Below are positions 25,200-34,079 of a stretch of DNA of 36,868 nt, in pieces (the first letter of the stretch is position 1; each line of letters opens with the position of its first letter). Made by a program: the position numbers and the translations under genes. Source of the DNA: an uncultured Methanosarcinales archaeon (GTDB lineage Archaea > Nanobdellota > Nanobdellia > Woesearchaeales > UBA525); NCBI GenBank assembly GCA_964505795.1, contig CAZDJS010000004.1, positions 1 to 36,868 of the forward strand, read 5' to 3'. The notes under the pieces are model-generated. The model worked only from the letters and a program-made list of their open reading frames with translations. It was not told the DNA's origin and ran no database searches.

Positions 25200-25306
25200 A
25201 AAACCAAGAAAAAACAAAGAACTAATAAAGTTTTCACTTAAAAATAGTTAACAACTAATGAGAAAGCTTTAAAAAGCACATAAAGGCTATACTCATAGGT
25301 GGTCTG

Positions 25307-28300
25307 GTGACACGTGTTTTACGGTTAGAATCAAAGGGTTTCAAAAGTTTCGCAAACAAGACAGAAATTGAATTTGGAGAGAAATTCAATTGCATCTTAG
25401 GACCTAATGGTTCAGGAAAAAGCAACGTTCTTGATAGCATCTGTTTTGTTCTTGGAAAGAGTAGCGCCAAAGGCCTCAGAGCAGAAAAAAGCGCGAACCT
25501 CATCTATAACGGTGGGAAGAGTAAACAACCAGCCAAAGAAGGAATGGTTTCTATCACTTTTGATAATGACGACAAGATATTTGGAGATTTCAAAGAACTC
25601 ACAATTACGAGAATCGTAAAAAAGAACGGAAGTAGTGTCTACAAGATTAACGATGAAACACGAACGCGTCAAGAAGTTCTTGATATGATGAGCAAGGCAA
25701 GAATCGATCCTGATGGTTACAACATTATCTTACAAGGAGATATTGTTCGTCTTGTTGAGATGAGTTCAAACGAACGTCGCGGAATTATCGAAGAAATAGC
25801 AGGAATTGGAATTTATGAAGAAAAGAAAATAAAAGCTGTTCGCGAACTCGACCGTGTTGAAGCAAAGCTCAACGAAGCACACATTGTTCTTACAGAAAGA
25901 GACACTTACTTGAAAGAACTTAAGAAAGAGCGCGACCAAGCAGCAAAATTCAAAGAACTCGACGAAAAAATCAAACGAAACAAAAAAACAATAGTTACAA
26001 CAAAGCTCACAAAGAAAAATAAAGAACTTGAAACGTTTCAAGAGAGAGTATCAAAAAATCAACAAGAATCTGAGAAATTAGAAGAAGAAGAGAAAAAACT
26101 TAGTCTTGAAAAAGAAGAACTCAAAGGAGAGATTGAAGAAATAAATAGAGAAGTTGAAGCGAAAGGAGAAAAAGAGCAAGTTCAAATTCATAAGCAAGTT
26201 GAACAATTAAAAGTCGATTTTGCTGTTAAGAAACAAAGAATTGAAGATTTGGATAAAGAAATCAAGAAGGTTAAAGAACGTAAAGAAGATTTGAAAAAAA
26301 CAAATAAAGAACTCTTTGATAAAATAAAACTTATAGAAAACGATAAGAAAGAATCTCAAAAAGAAATCGAATCACGAAGAAAAAACATCGACCAATTACA
26401 AAAGAGCCTTGATGACTTTAAGAAAAAGCATAAGATGGAAGATGCCGCAGGGCTTGACACTAAAATTGCTGAAATTGATAAAGAAGCTGAAGAGATCCAA
26501 GAAGAATTAGCAAAACTTCGTGGAGAACAACAAACACTCTTCCGAGAAAAAGATCGTATTGAAATCAGACTTGAACAAGCAGACGATCAAATCGAGAAAG
26601 TCCTCGAGCTTGAAAAAGCAAATAAGGAACAAGTTACTGAGCTCAAACAAAAAAAAGAAGAGTTCAAAAAAGCAACAAAAGAACTCAGCACTGCACTCAA
26701 TGATGATACATCAATAGGAAGTCAATTGAGCACTGCGAGACAGAAGCTTCTGAGTAAAAAAGAAGAACTAGGAAAACTTGAAGCTCAACATAACACTATA
26801 AAAGAAGGAGTTGCTGGTGGCCTTGCAGTTCAAAAAATTCTTGAAAAGAAAAAAGAAATTCAAGGAATATGTGGAACTGTTGCTGAATTAGGAAGCGTGA
26901 ATGAAGAGTACGCTCTTGCTCTTGAGACTGCTGCTGGTGGACGCATGATGAGTGTTGTTGTTGAAAACGACAACGTAGCAAAAGAATGTATACAGTACCT
27001 TCGTAATAGTAGACAAGGAGTAGCAACGTTTTTGCCTCTCAATAAAATTCGCAGTCCGCAACAAGTTGAAGCTCCAAAAAAGAAAGGAGTTATTGGTCGA
27101 GCAACAGACCTCATTAGTTACGATAAAAAATTCTCAAAAGTTTTTGAATATGTTTTTGGAACAACAATTATAGTCGATACTATTGACACTGCTAGAAGTA
27201 TAGGGGTGGGAACTATTCGAATGGTAACTCTTCAAGGAGACACTGTCGAAACAAGCGGTGCTATGAGTGGGGGTTATCGTAATAGAAAAAGAAACATCGG
27301 GTTTCAACAAAAAGAAGTTACTGAAAAAATTGATAATCTTGAAAAAATGATCGCTGATTTAGAATCAGTTGTTAGAAATCTTGAACAAAGACGACAAGAT
27401 AATGAAGAAGCAATAACAAGACTCAGAAATGTCAAAGGAGATCTCGAAGGGGATATTATCAAACTAGAAAAAACATTACATCTTGATAGTAAAGACCTTG
27501 ATATGAATAAAGACTTGAAAAAGCAACTCGAAAGTGAACTTAAATCAATGGATTCTCGTGTTGATGAAATCACAGAAAAAGTCTCAGAAAAGAACAGAAG
27601 TCTCGCAATGCTCAAGTCAGAGAAGCAAAAACTTCGCGATCAAATGAGCGAGATGCGAAGCCCAGCGGTGCTTGCACAACTTACCAGTTTTGAAGAAAAA
27701 CAAACAGAACTCAAACAAGAAATAACAAACTACCAAGCAAAATTGCAAGCGAACGAAAGTGAAATAAAAAACATACTCGGGCCTGAGAGTGAAAAAATAA
27801 CTGGAATTCTTAAACAACAAGATAAAGAAATTGATGATTTCGAGAGAGAAGCTTCAGAACTTAAAGGCGAAGTGAAAGAAATACAATCCGAGCTTAAAGA
27901 AAAAGAAGCTGCTGAGAAGAAATTCTTCGAACAATTTAAGGAATTATTCAATAGACGAAATAAGCTAAGTGAAGAAATTTCGAAAAAAGAAGAGAAAATA
28001 AGAGAAAAAGCATCAAAGAGACAAGAAACTCAACAAAAAAATAATAATATTAGTCTTGAAGTTGCTCGATTGAAGGCAGAAATATCAGGGCTTGAAGAAG
28101 AAGATAAACAATATCATGTTGAGCCTTACAAGAATAAACCAGAAGAAGAAATCTTTAAAGAAATTAAAGAATTTGAAAAAATGAGAGAGGATTTTGGTTC
28201 AGTTAATATGAAAGCTTTAGACATTTATGAAAATGTTCTTGAAGAATATAATGAGCTTGTGAAAAAAAGAGAAAAGTTGAATCAAGAGAGAGAGGATGTG

Positions 28301-28783
28301 CATCTTATGATTAATGAGGTTGATGATAAGAAGAAAGAATTGTTCATGAAGACTTACGAAGTTGTTGGAGAAAATTTTAAGACTATTTTTGAGATGCTCT
28401 CAACAAAAGGAAAAGCACATCTTGAGCTCGAAGACACAAAAGATCCATTCAATGGAGGTCTTACTATTAAAGTAAAGTTGAGCTCAAAGAAATTTATGGA
28501 CATCAGATCGCTCTCTGGTGGAGAGAAAACTATGACTGCTCTCGCCTTTTTGTTTGCAGTACAAGAATACGAGCCTGCAAGCTTTTACATTCTTGACGAA
28601 GTAGACGCAGCACTTGATAAGCACAATAGTGAAAAACTTGCAAAACTCGTGCGTGCGTATTGTAAGAACGCTCAATACATTATCATCTCACACAATGATG
28701 GCGTAATATCAGAAGAAGATAATCTCTATGGTGTCTCTATGAATGAACACGGAATGAGTAAAGTCACGAGCTTGAAAGTATGA
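25307..28783 (+). CDS. smc: Chromosome segregation ATPase SMC
   Basis: Walker A GPNGSGKSN, long coiled coils, a hinge, signature LSGGEKT and Walker B FYILDEVDAALD. GTG start with AGGTGG about 6 nt upstream. Confidence 0.95.
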   Translation: MTRVLRLESKGFKSFANKTEIEFGEKFNCILGPNGSGKSNVLDSICFVLGKSSAKGLRAEKSANLIYNGGKSKQPAKEGMVSITFDNDDKIFGDFKELTITRIVKKNGSSVYKINDETRTRQEVLDMMSKARIDPDGYNIILQGDIVRLVEMSSNERRGIIEEIAGIGIYEEKKIKAVRELDRVEAKLNEAHIVLTERDTYLKELKKERDQAAKFKELDEKIKRNKKTIVTTKLTKKNKELETFQERVSKNQQESEKLEEEEKKLSLEKEELKGEIEEINREVEAKGEKEQVQIHKQVEQLKVDFAVKKQRIEDLDKEIKKVKERKEDLKKTNKELFDKIKLIENDKKESQKEIESRRKNIDQLQKSLDDFKKKHKMEDAAGLDTKIAEIDKEAEEIQEELAKLRGEQQTLFREKDRIEIRLEQADDQIEKVLELEKANKEQVTELKQKKEEFKKATKELSTALNDDTSIGSQLSTARQKLLSKKEELGKLEAQHNTIKEGVAGGLAVQKILEKKKEIQGICGTVAELGSVNEEYALALETAAGGRMMSVVVENDNVAKECIQYLRNSRQGVATFLPLNKIRSPQQVEAPKKKGVIGRATDLISYDKKFSKVFEYVFGTTIIVDTIDTARSIGVGTIRMVTLQGDTVETSGAMSGGYRNRKRNIGFQQKEVTEKIDNLEKMIADLESVVRNLEQRRQDNEEAITRLRNVKGDLEGDIIKLEKTLHLDSKDLDMNKDLKKQLESELKSMDSRVDEITEKVSEKNRSLAMLKSEKQKLRDQMSEMRSPAVLAQLTSFEEKQTELKQEITNYQAKLQANESEIKNILGPESEKITGILKQQDKEIDDFEREASELKGEVKEIQSELKEKEAAEKKFFEQFKELFNRRNKLSEEISKKEEKIREKASKRQETQQKNNNISLEVARLKAEISGLEEEDKQYHVEPYKNKPEEEIFKEIKEFEKMREDFGSVNMKALDIYENVLEEYNELVKKREKLNQEREDVHLMINEVDDKKKELFMKTYEVVGENFKTIFEMLSTKGKAHLELEDTKDPFNGGLTIKVKLSSKKFMDIRSLSGGEKTMTALAFLFAVQEYEPASFYILDEVDAALDKHNSEKLAKLVRAYCKNAQYIIISHNDGVISEEDNLYGVSMNEHGMSKVTSLKV

Positions 28784-29700
28784 TAGAAATAATTCTCTGG
28801 GTCGCGATTCTTTTTATTACACTTGGAGGCCTTATCAAAGGAGCTGACTGGTTTACAATCGGTGCAGAAGCTATTGGCATTAAATTAAAAATTCCTCAGT
28901 TTATTATTGGCGCAACAATTGTAAGCATAGGAACGAGCCTTCCTGAACTTGCAAGCAGTATTGCAGGAGTTTTGCAAGGAGCGAGCGAAATTGTTGTCGC
29001 TAATATTGCAGGAAGTAATATTGCCAACATTCTTTTTGTTCTTGGAATAACAGCCATTGTTGGTGGAGAAATAGTTACAAAAAGAAACATAAACAAAAGT
29101 GATTTTCCAATCATGCTTATCATGTCAATTGTTCTTTTCCTTTTTGCTCTTAATGGTCAGATCGGATTATTTGAATCTTTATTTTTTCTTGCCATACTCA
29201 TGTGGTATATCTATCATATTTTTCAAGAGAAAGAAACTGCAGAAGTTGATGTTGAGTATAATGGTTTTCGTTCAATTGGCTTATTGGTTTTAGGAATTAT
29301 TCTTGTGATCATATCAGCAAAGTTTCTTGTTGAAGCAGTAATTTTTCTTGCAACCGTCATGAATATTGATTCTTCTGTTATTGCTGCAAGTGTCGTCGCT
29401 TTTGGAACGAGCGTACCTGAAGCTGTAGTTACTTTAGTTGCTGTATTAAAAAAGAAGAGAGAAATCGCACTTGGAAATATTATTGGAAGTAATATTTTCA
29501 ATATCTTACTTATTGTCGGAGTTTCAGGATTGATAAGTCCACTTATTATCACAACAAGCACCTTGATAATCACATTACCAATAATGATTTTTTCCATAGT
29601 GCTTTTTTGGTTTATGCTCAGAGATAAAAAAATCAGTAGAAAAGAAGGCATTGTTTTACTCACTCTGTATTTTTGCTTTCTTGCTTTTCTGTTCGTATAA
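28780..29700 (+). CDS. CaCA-family Na+/Ca2+ exchanger (YrbG/NCX_Mj-like)
   Basis: Two alpha-repeats, GTSLPELASS and GTSVPEAVVT, and about 10 TM segments. ATGA overlap with smc. Confidence 0.85.
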   Translation: MIEIILWVAILFITLGGLIKGADWFTIGAEAIGIKLKIPQFIIGATIVSIGTSLPELASSIAGVLQGASEIVVANIAGSNIANILFVLGITAIVGGEIVTKRNINKSDFPIMLIMSIVLFLFALNGQIGLFESLFFLAILMWYIYHIFQEKETAEVDVEYNGFRSIGLLVLGIILVIISAKFLVEAVIFLATVMNIDSSVIAASVVAFGTSVPEAVVTLVAVLKKKREIALGNIIGSNIFNILLIVGVSGLISPLIITTSTLIITLPIMIFSIVLFWFMLRDKKISRKEGIVLLTLYFCFLAFLFV

Positions 29701-30799
29701 ATTCTTTAATGTACTTACGAATTTTTCTTGCTGTCGAATCCCAATTAAAATCTTTTTCAATAGTTGCTCGAGCTGCAACTCGAACACGTAATAAATCTTG
29801 ATGAGATAATCGATGAACGAATTCGATTTTATTTGTTAAATCCGGCGTACTATGAACTTTGAAAAAAAAACCATTTTTTTTATTGATAATATAATCTGCA
29901 ACAAAACCCACTCTACTGCTTATTACAGGAATTCCTGTTGCCATTGCTTCAAGAACTGATAGGCTTGTTGTTTCAGTGTAACTTGGAAGAACATAAACGT
30001 CCATCGCTTGTAAATAAAGAGTAACATCAGATTGCATTCCAGTAATCATCACATCTTTTCTTTTGAATTTCTTTTTTAGTTGAGGATCACCATCGCCAAC
30101 GATAAGTAATTGTTTTTTTGGGATATTTACACGAATAAATGCACGAAGTAGAGTAAGAAGATTTTTTTCAGCTGAGATTCGGCCGTGATAGCCAATAATA
30201 TAAGCATCTTCAGGAATGCCTAGTTTTTTTCTAGCAGCACTTTTTGAACCTGGAAAGAATTTTTTCGTATCAACTCCTAATTGTGCAACTCTTTTTGTTG
30301 TAAGAATTCCATTCCATGAAAGTTGTTCAGAAATACTTGAAGAAGGAACGATTAAAGCAGCACACTTGTTGTATAAATAACGAACATAAAACTTGGTAAA
30401 GGAAATGAGAAATCTCTTTAAGAAAGAATTATTTATTTGCCGAGGAAATAATTCCCATTCAAGACTGTGAGTAAAAGTAACACAGGGAACATCATTCTTT
30501 TTTGCAGCTATAATCGCCGCATAACCAACAGGCCCTACTGTTTGATTGAAAATAATATCTGCCTTTTTCACCTCTTCTTCAACTGTTTTATAATCATATT
30601 TTGCAGGAGAATAACCACCATACTTTTTTTTTGAGAGAGGAAGCTGAATTAGAGTAAAACCTTTTGCTTTAATTTTTCCATAATCAGGAGCGACAACAAC
30701 AATCTCGAATTCTTTCAAACGAGGAATGAGCTCATTAAGAAATCTTGCAACTCCATCCCATTGAGGTAAAAAATTATCTGAAGTAATTAAGAGTCTCAT
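29660..30799 (-). CDS. GT4-family glycosyltransferase (PIG-A/BshA-like)
   Basis: GT-B fold with a C-terminal EAMATGIPVISS motif and LPSYTE..S. ATGA overlap with the upstream PIG-L gene. Confidence 0.85.
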   Translation of the reverse strand: MRLLITSDNFLPQWDGVARFLNELIPRLKEFEIVVVAPDYGKIKAKGFTLIQLPLSKKKYGGYSPAKYDYKTVEEEVKKADIIFNQTVGPVGYAAIIAAKKNDVPCVTFTHSLEWELFPRQINNSFLKRFLISFTKFYVRYLYNKCAALIVPSSSISEQLSWNGILTTKRVAQLGVDTKKFFPGSKSAARKKLGIPEDAYIIGYHGRISAEKNLLTLLRAFIRVNIPKKQLLIVGDGDPQLKKKFKRKDVMITGMQSDVTLYLQAMDVYVLPSYTETTSLSVLEAMATGIPVISSRVGFVADYIINKKNGFFFKVHSTPDLTNKIEFVHRLSHQDLLRVRVAARATIEKDFNWDSTARKIRKYIKEFIRTEKQESKNTE

Positions 30800-31449
30800 A
30801 ATTTATGAAACACCTCTGCATACCGACACCCGATTCGTAAGCCACCAAAAAACGCTTTCACATACACTCCCAAATAAAGAACATTATTCATTTGTTGAGC
30901 CCCAAAAGGATTAATCTGACTTTTAAAAATATGCAAAGATTGTATTTTTTGTTGAAACTCGTTTGAAATATCAACAATTAATAAGGGTGTTTTTCCTTGA
31001 TTATGATTAATTACTGTCCATATATGAAATGTGTATAGTTCAAAAGAAACTTTTTTTTGTAGTTGTAACGCTAGTTTTGCAACTGCTCTGTGATCAGGAT
31101 GTGAATCATTCACATCATGAGTAAAAACTTTTTCTGGTTTCAATTCTTGTAATCTTTTTATGAGATTGGTGAGAATTCTTCCTTTTGCATCCTCAAGAAA
31201 ATTTCCTTCTCTGAGTCCAAGAAAGCTCACTCCTGAACCTCCAAGAACTTTATCTGCTTTTTTTGCTTCTTTTACTCGAGTCTTCTTAATCACTTCTGGT
31301 TTAAGATGGGGATGACTAAACTCACCAAATGAGCAGATGATAGTATATACTTCATATCCTTTTTTTGCATAATGAGCAATAGTGCCACCGCAACCAAGAG
31401 CTTCATCATCACTGTGCGCAACAAAAACAACAATGCTTTTCTTTTTCAT
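30796..31449 (-). CDS. PIG-L/LmbE-family N-acetylglucosaminyl deacetylase
   Basis: AHSDDEALGCGGT and HPDH motifs. The start is set to the ATG at 31449 (MKKKSIVVFVAHSDDE); the ORF-track extension to 31605 runs through the tRNA gene. Confidence 0.85.
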   Translation of the reverse strand: MKKKSIVVFVAHSDDEALGCGGTIAHYAKKGYEVYTIICSFGEFSHPHLKPEVIKKTRVKEAKKADKVLGGSGVSFLGLREGNFLEDAKGRILTNLIKRLQELKPEKVFTHDVNDSHPDHRAVAKLALQLQKKVSFELYTFHIWTVINHNQGKTPLLIVDISNEFQQKIQSLHIFKSQINPFGAQQMNNVLYLGVYVKAFFGGLRIGCRYAEVFHKL

Positions 31450-31508
31450 GAAGAATAAAAGATAAAAGATATTTAAATGCTTGTCGTAAAATAACTGAAT
31501 TGTTGCTA

Positions 31509-31568
31509 CCATGCACCCGCCGACAAAGTCACTAAGGTTCCAAGCCAGCGGTCGCCATGCACCCGCCG
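31509..31568. repeat. 14-nt direct repeat ccatgcacccgccg (31509-31522 and 31555-31568); the second copy is the tRNA 3' end
   Basis: Read directly from the sequence. On the minus strand the repeat is CGGCGGGTGCATGG: the last 3 nt of the T-stem, the 3' acceptor strand, the discriminator and 3 nt of trailer. Confidence 0.9.
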
Positions 31569-31692
31569 GGACTCGAACCCGGGTGGCCGGCTCTCTTCTG
31601 CACAAATAGTGCTTGGAAGGCCGGAATCATCGATGGCGTCTCGCCAACGGCTCTGAGCCGAAGCGAATACGTAGCCACTAGATCACAGGTGC
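31558..31692 (-). tRNA. tRNA-Gly (anticodon UCC) with two putative introns
   Basis: Folded by hand. Acceptor GCACCTG/CGGGTGC plus A73; T-arm CCGGG-TTCGAGT-CCCGG; anticodon stem CCGGC/GCCGG with loop C-T-TCC-A-A. The loop is interrupted after position 37 by about 21 nt (31593-31613) in a bulge-helix-bulge context. A second insert of about 42 nt (31630-31671) sits in the D-loop. No CCA is encoded. Confidence 0.75.
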
Positions 31693-31719
31693 TCAATTTT
31701 GGGATGAAACGCTAAATCA

Positions 31720-31746
31720 TTTATAAACATGTCGTCATATTTATAA
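31720..31746. promoter_or_regulatory. Divergent promoter region with two TATA-like boxes
   Basis: The palindromic tttataaa (31720-31727) lies about 28 nt upstream of the tRNA 5' end on the minus strand. tttataa (31740-31746) lies about 23-29 nt upstream of the srp54 ATG, consistent with a leaderless mRNA. Confidence 0.45.
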
Positions 31747-31768
31747 GAGTTCTTACTGTCCCTTTACC

Positions 31769-33139
31769 ATGGTCCTTGAAAAACTCTCTGACAATCTCAA
31801 AGCAACACTGAGAAAAGTAACAGGAGCAAGCTTTGTCGATGAGAAACTCATCAATGAAATAGTCAAAGATATTCAGAGAAGTCTCTTACAAGCAGACGTA
31901 AACGTAAAACTCGTTTTTCAAGTTGCGCAGGCAATCAAAGAACGAGCACTCAAAGAAAAAGCGCCAAAAGGAATTTCTGCAAAAGAAAACCTCGTGAATA
32001 TTGTCTACGAAGAGCTCGTTCGATTCGTAGGAGGTGAACATAAAGGAATTCAACTTAATGAAAAACCATTCATCATCATGCTCGTAGGACTTTTTGGAAA
32101 CGGAAAAACTACAACAGCTGGAAAACTCGCAAAATATTATACAAAACGAGGAAAGCGAGTAGCACTTCTCTCAACTGATACTTGGAGACCAGCAGCAGCT
32201 CAACAGCTCGCACAACTCGCTGAACAAATCGGTGTTCAAGCATACATCGCTCCTGATGAAAAAAATCCAGAAAAAATCTTTAAAAAATTTGAAGGAGAAT
32301 TCAATAAATATGACCTTATCATTGTTGATACTGCAGGACGTGATGCTCTTAATGAAGAACTCATTACTGAATTAAATACCTTGAATTCTGCGGTAAACGC
32401 GAATGAAACCTTGCTTGTTATGTCTGCAGATATTGGACAATCAGCAGAAAAACAAGCACAAACTTTTCACGAAACTTGTAATGTTAATGGCGTTATCATC
32501 ACAAAACTTGATGGTACTGCAAAAGGCGGTGGAGCGCTTATCGCCTGTGCAATCACAGGAGCTCCTGTAAAATTTATTGGTGTCGGCGAGAAAGTTGATG
32601 ACTTCGAAAAGTTTCGAGCGCAAGGATTTGTCGGTCGGTTGCTCGGAATGGGAGACTTAGAATCATTACTTGAAAAAACACGTGAAGCAATTAGCGAAGA
32701 AGACGCACAAGATCTCGGACGGCGATTTATGAAAGGGGATTTTACTCTCATTGATTTGTACGAGCAAATGCGTGCTATGAAAAAAATGGGACCTCTTAAC
32801 AAAGTCATGAGTATGATTCCTGGCATGGGTGGAATGAACATTCCTAAAGAAGTTCTTGATATGCAAGAAGGAAAGATTGATGATTGGCGTGTGCTTATGG
32901 ATAGCATGACAAAACAAGAATTAGAGAATCCTGAAGTTATGAATCCTGGAAGAATTGAGCGAATAGCTAGCGGAAGTGGAAAAAGCAGAGGTGCTGTTCG
33001 TGAACTTCTCAAACAGTACAAACAGTCAAAAAAGATGGTGAAGATGATGAAAGGCATGTCTGGTGACGAGAAAGATATGCAAAAAATGATGTCAAAGATG
33101 CAGAAGTCAGGAATGCGTAAGAAGCTCAGGCATCGTTAA
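31769..33139 (+). CDS. srp54: Signal recognition particle protein SRP54
   Basis: N domain, G domain (GLFGNGKTTT, DTAGR, TKLDG) and a Met-rich M domain. Confidence 0.95.
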   Translation: MVLEKLSDNLKATLRKVTGASFVDEKLINEIVKDIQRSLLQADVNVKLVFQVAQAIKERALKEKAPKGISAKENLVNIVYEELVRFVGGEHKGIQLNEKPFIIMLVGLFGNGKTTTAGKLAKYYTKRGKRVALLSTDTWRPAAAQQLAQLAEQIGVQAYIAPDEKNPEKIFKKFEGEFNKYDLIIVDTAGRDALNEELITELNTLNSAVNANETLLVMSADIGQSAEKQAQTFHETCNVNGVIITKLDGTAKGGGALIACAITGAPVKFIGVGEKVDDFEKFRAQGFVGRLLGMGDLESLLEKTREAISEEDAQDLGRRFMKGDFTLIDLYEQMRAMKKMGPLNKVMSMIPGMGGMNIPKEVLDMQEGKIDDWRVLMDSMTKQELENPEVMNPGRIERIASGSGKSRGAVRELLKQYKQSKKMVKMMKGMSGDEKDMQKMMSKMQKSGMRKKLRHR

Positions 33140-34070
33140 TTATATTACCCTGAAATCCAGAAAAACGTTCAATAATCCTAGAGACCTCTTGTAACTCTTG
33201 AGCATCCACTTGAGTCATAGACTCTCCTTGATATACAAAACGTTCCTCAGCGCAATGAAACCAGTAAAGCGACATACTATACGCTTCACACACATCACTT
33301 AATTCTTGTGAACCTAAACGTAAACGATTCTCAGAAAACAAATGTCCAAGCCGGTTAATTGTTCTTCGAGGAAGATCACGAATAGATTTTTCATCTAAAT
33401 TTTCATTTCGGATTGATTTGAAAATATCTGCTGCTAACTTATATTGCACTGGACGTAAATGAGAGTATTTTGTTGCTTTCACTCTATCATCATCAAAATA
33501 AAGAATGCCATCTTCTCCAAAAGATCGTCTAGAGTTCTTCCGTGTTAATTCGAAACGAGATTCTCTACGACGACTTTCAAATTTTTTAAGAAGAATTTTT
33601 CCTTTTGAACCCTCTAATTCTGTGAAAAGTGATTTTTTATACTCTTGAAATATATAAGGATTCCCTACAAGGTAAGTTGCGTCAAGAACTCTTGTTGGAA
33701 ATATTATCTGTGAATTTCCTTGATATGCAATGCATAAATCTTGCGAAATATCTTTTATTTCTACTGTTGGGTCATACTCAGGATTATTTCTCACATAATC
33801 ATTTACGATTTCTTCTATCTTTTTTTGTTTTTCACTCCCTTCATGTAATACAACCAATTCTACAAGACTTCTAGGACTTTTTTCCTTTCTTCCATCGCTA
33901 CCAGTGAAGGCTATTGCGCAAGCTTGATCAGACAATTCCGGGAAATAACCTTGTAATTGTTCTGCAATTCTTGCGTGAAAAGAATCATTGTATGCAGCCA
34001 GCACATCATCATAATGTGAAGGTCTATGGTCATACGTAAAGAATGAACGAAGTGGCAGTTGGGATTTCAT
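33126..34070 (-). CDS. GlnD/DUF294-like nucleotidyltransferase-fold protein with a degenerate active site (hypothetical)
   Basis: AFTGSDGRKEKSPRSLVELVVL fits the GS.GR.E....SD.D pattern of pol-beta-type NTases of the GlnD/DUF294 kind, but SLVE replaces SD.D. A helical C-terminal half follows. 14-nt convergent overlap with srp54. Confidence 0.45.
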   Translation of the reverse strand: MKSQLPLRSFFTYDHRPSHYDDVLAAYNDSFHARIAEQLQGYFPELSDQACAIAFTGSDGRKEKSPRSLVELVVLHEGSEKQKKIEEIVNDYVRNNPEYDPTVEIKDISQDLCIAYQGNSQIIFPTRVLDATYLVGNPYIFQEYKKSLFTELEGSKGKILLKKFESRRRESRFELTRKNSRRSFGEDGILYFDDDRVKATKYSHLRPVQYKLAADIFKSIRNENLDEKSIRDLPRRTINRLGHLFSENRLRLGSQELSDVCEAYSMSLYWFHCAEERFVYQGESMTQVDAQELQEVSRIIERFSGFQGNIINDA

Positions 34071-34079
34071 GATAAAGAT

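Noticed and set aside
25307-28783. Repetitive Lys/Glu-rich stretches in smc as possible tandem DNA repeats or a low-complexity orphan gene.
   Set aside because: They are the expected coiled-coil arms between the Walker A head, the hinge and the signature/Walker B head of a canonical SMC. No exact DNA-level tandem repeat was seen.
31450-31557. A second tRNA or tRNA half in the region carrying the duplicated 3'-end 14-mer.
   Set aside because: The 32 nt preceding the second copy (CGACCGCTGGCTTGGAACCTTAGTGACTTTGT on the minus strand) cannot be folded into a T-arm or any cloverleaf element. Only the 14-mer itself is tRNA-like.
30796-31605. The ORF-track version of the PIG-L gene with a 52-aa N-terminal extension (MCRREPATRVRVPAGAW...).
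   Set aside because: The extension is the reverse-strand read-through of the GC-rich tRNA-Gly gene and its duplicated 3' end. The family-typical N-terminus (MKKKSIVVFVAHSDDE) starts at the ATG at 31449, which has a TATA-like box about 25 nt upstream.
32467-33057. A 196-aa antisense ORF inside srp54. Similar long shadow ORFs include 29223..29663 in the exchanger gene, 10460..10957 and 10908..11243 in map, 1459..1890 in the DHH gene, 16661..17044 in the SLT gene, 35896..36294 in hel308, and many in smc.
   Set aside because: Each lies fully inside a strongly supported gene on the opposite strand. Their composition is low-complexity or Ser/Phe/Leu-rich, as is typical of antisense frames, and they have no motifs.
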